Shown piece after piece: positions 52,542 through 53,386 of a stretch of DNA of 53,386 nt. The stretch spans positions 3,267 through 56,652 of the forward strand of contig NMRA01000478.1 of the NCBI GenBank assembly GCA_002633005.1. The letters are read 5' to 3'. Both the position numbers and the translations under genes were made by a program. Each line of letters opens with the position of its first letter. Positions within the stretch are counted from its first letter, which is position 1. The notes below the pieces were generated by a model that did not search any database, was not told where the DNA came from, and saw only the letters and a program-made list of their open reading frames with translations. Source of the DNA: Phoronis australis. Lineage: Eukaryota; Animalia; Phoronida.

Positions 52542-52810
52542 GACAATGATCTGCAGTCACTTGTTCTTAGCCAGGCTTGGCAGATTTCATACTGAGATCA
52601 GCTTTCTGGGATTTATTGGATAGGTAATGTCAGGCAACAGGTTTTAAGTTCTTGAGACAGTGTATGCACCAAACAGTGTGATCCATACGTTAAATTGAAA
52701 AAGTGTGGATAGAGCAGTGAGGGGGCATATGTTGGTAGACTCAGCACTGAATGCTATCATAACAGCCAGAGCATTCAACATCCCACTTCCAAATATTCAT
52801 GTGGAGAATT
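52542..52810 (+). pseudogene. Academ-type transposase fragment with stops and a frameshift
   Basis: RLGRFHTEISFLGFIG*VMSG...VLETVYAPNSVIHTLN*KSVDRAVRGHMLVDSALNAII resembles the LGGFH...SFLG.IG..M.GSG...GK...RA.RGH motif recalled for Academ transposases. Confidence 0.75.
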
Positions 52811-52859
52811 TCTTGCTTACACTGGTCCCCAATCAGAAACTGAAGTTCACTTCAACGGT

Positions 52860-53070
52860 GACATAGTGATCAAGCCAAAGAACAAAGTTCACATTTTTCG
52901 CAAACAGCAAAAAACAAACAACAATTCATTCACTTCTTATCAAGATTGCTAGGAAATGCTGGTTGCACAGTGGTACAAGCTCAAGGTGACGCAGCTGTTT
53001 TAATTGTAGAAACAGCAGTAGAGAATGCAGCACAAGGTCCTACTACCCTCATTGCAGACAATAGAGACAT
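52860..53070 (+). pseudogene. XPG/PIN-like nuclease fragment of the same element
   Basis: FAN..NKQQFIHFLSRLLGNAGCTVVQAQGDAAVLIVETA...TTLIADNRDI (with a frameshift); the usual DAD and DTD acidic motifs are degenerate. Confidence 0.65.
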
Positions 53071-53386
53071 AACGCGAAGTTGTCGTGAGGACTCGATTGG
53101 GACCTCAGGGGTCTCACGCTCCACCGGCTAATTTGAAAAGGCTTTGTCCAGTCACGCGTTGTGGGTCATAAATCGAGATAATGTTACCAACAGCTGACGC
53201 GACAAGCAGAACTACTTTCTTTTACTTTATTTGTGTACTAACTGGAGAAATTTAGAATTAGACTTTTAAACACTATCCGATCGTCAACTTTTTTCGGGAG
53301 ACTTAAATCTCAATGTAGTTTGCGCAAAGACGATGTGCAATTTTTGGAGGTGTATTGACGATGATCAACGTTAAAACGGAGAGCAA

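Larger units (their letters stand above)
51392..53070 (+). mobile_element. Decayed, internally deleted Academ-like DNA transposon; left boundary tentative
   Basis: Transposase-like and XPG/PIN-like pseudo-coding fragments at 52542-53070; repeated aaaatggc(g/c)gcc-type motifs at 51550-51920; possible terminus tagcacag at 51392. Confidence 0.6.

Overview
AT-rich animal (probably marine invertebrate) genomic DNA from a gapped scaffold, so most entries in the ORF track are exon fragments or noise. The main content is one complete minus-strand plexin gene, most similar to protostome Plexin-B. It has 29 GT-AG coding exons from ATG 50677 to TGA 13206, totalling 5496 nt (1831 aa + stop), with phases consistent at every junction. 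Domain order is signal peptide, Sema, 3 PSI and several IPT, furin-type site, TM, split GAP + RBD. About 11.7 kb downstream on the same strand lies the large Sema exon of a diverged tandem paralogue (420-1430) that runs out of the window. Two blocks of the main gene appear twice (exons 23-24 in about 4.1-4.3 kb; exon 27 in about 0.7 kb). Each duplication is centred on N bases and has only synonymous coding differences, so these are most likely allelic haplotypes assembled in tandem. At the larger junction each copy carries a different transposon where the other copy has an empty site. Mobile DNA includes a TTAA-inserted THAP-coding (Kolobok-like) element, a decayed Academ-like transposon, a 411-bp foldback element and several MITEs. 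No RNA genes or CRISPR arrays were recognised. All family assignments are from motif recall, not database searches. I found no clearly undescribed system. The best leads are the tandem plexin array with divergent Sema exons, the polymorphic THAP element and the foldback element.
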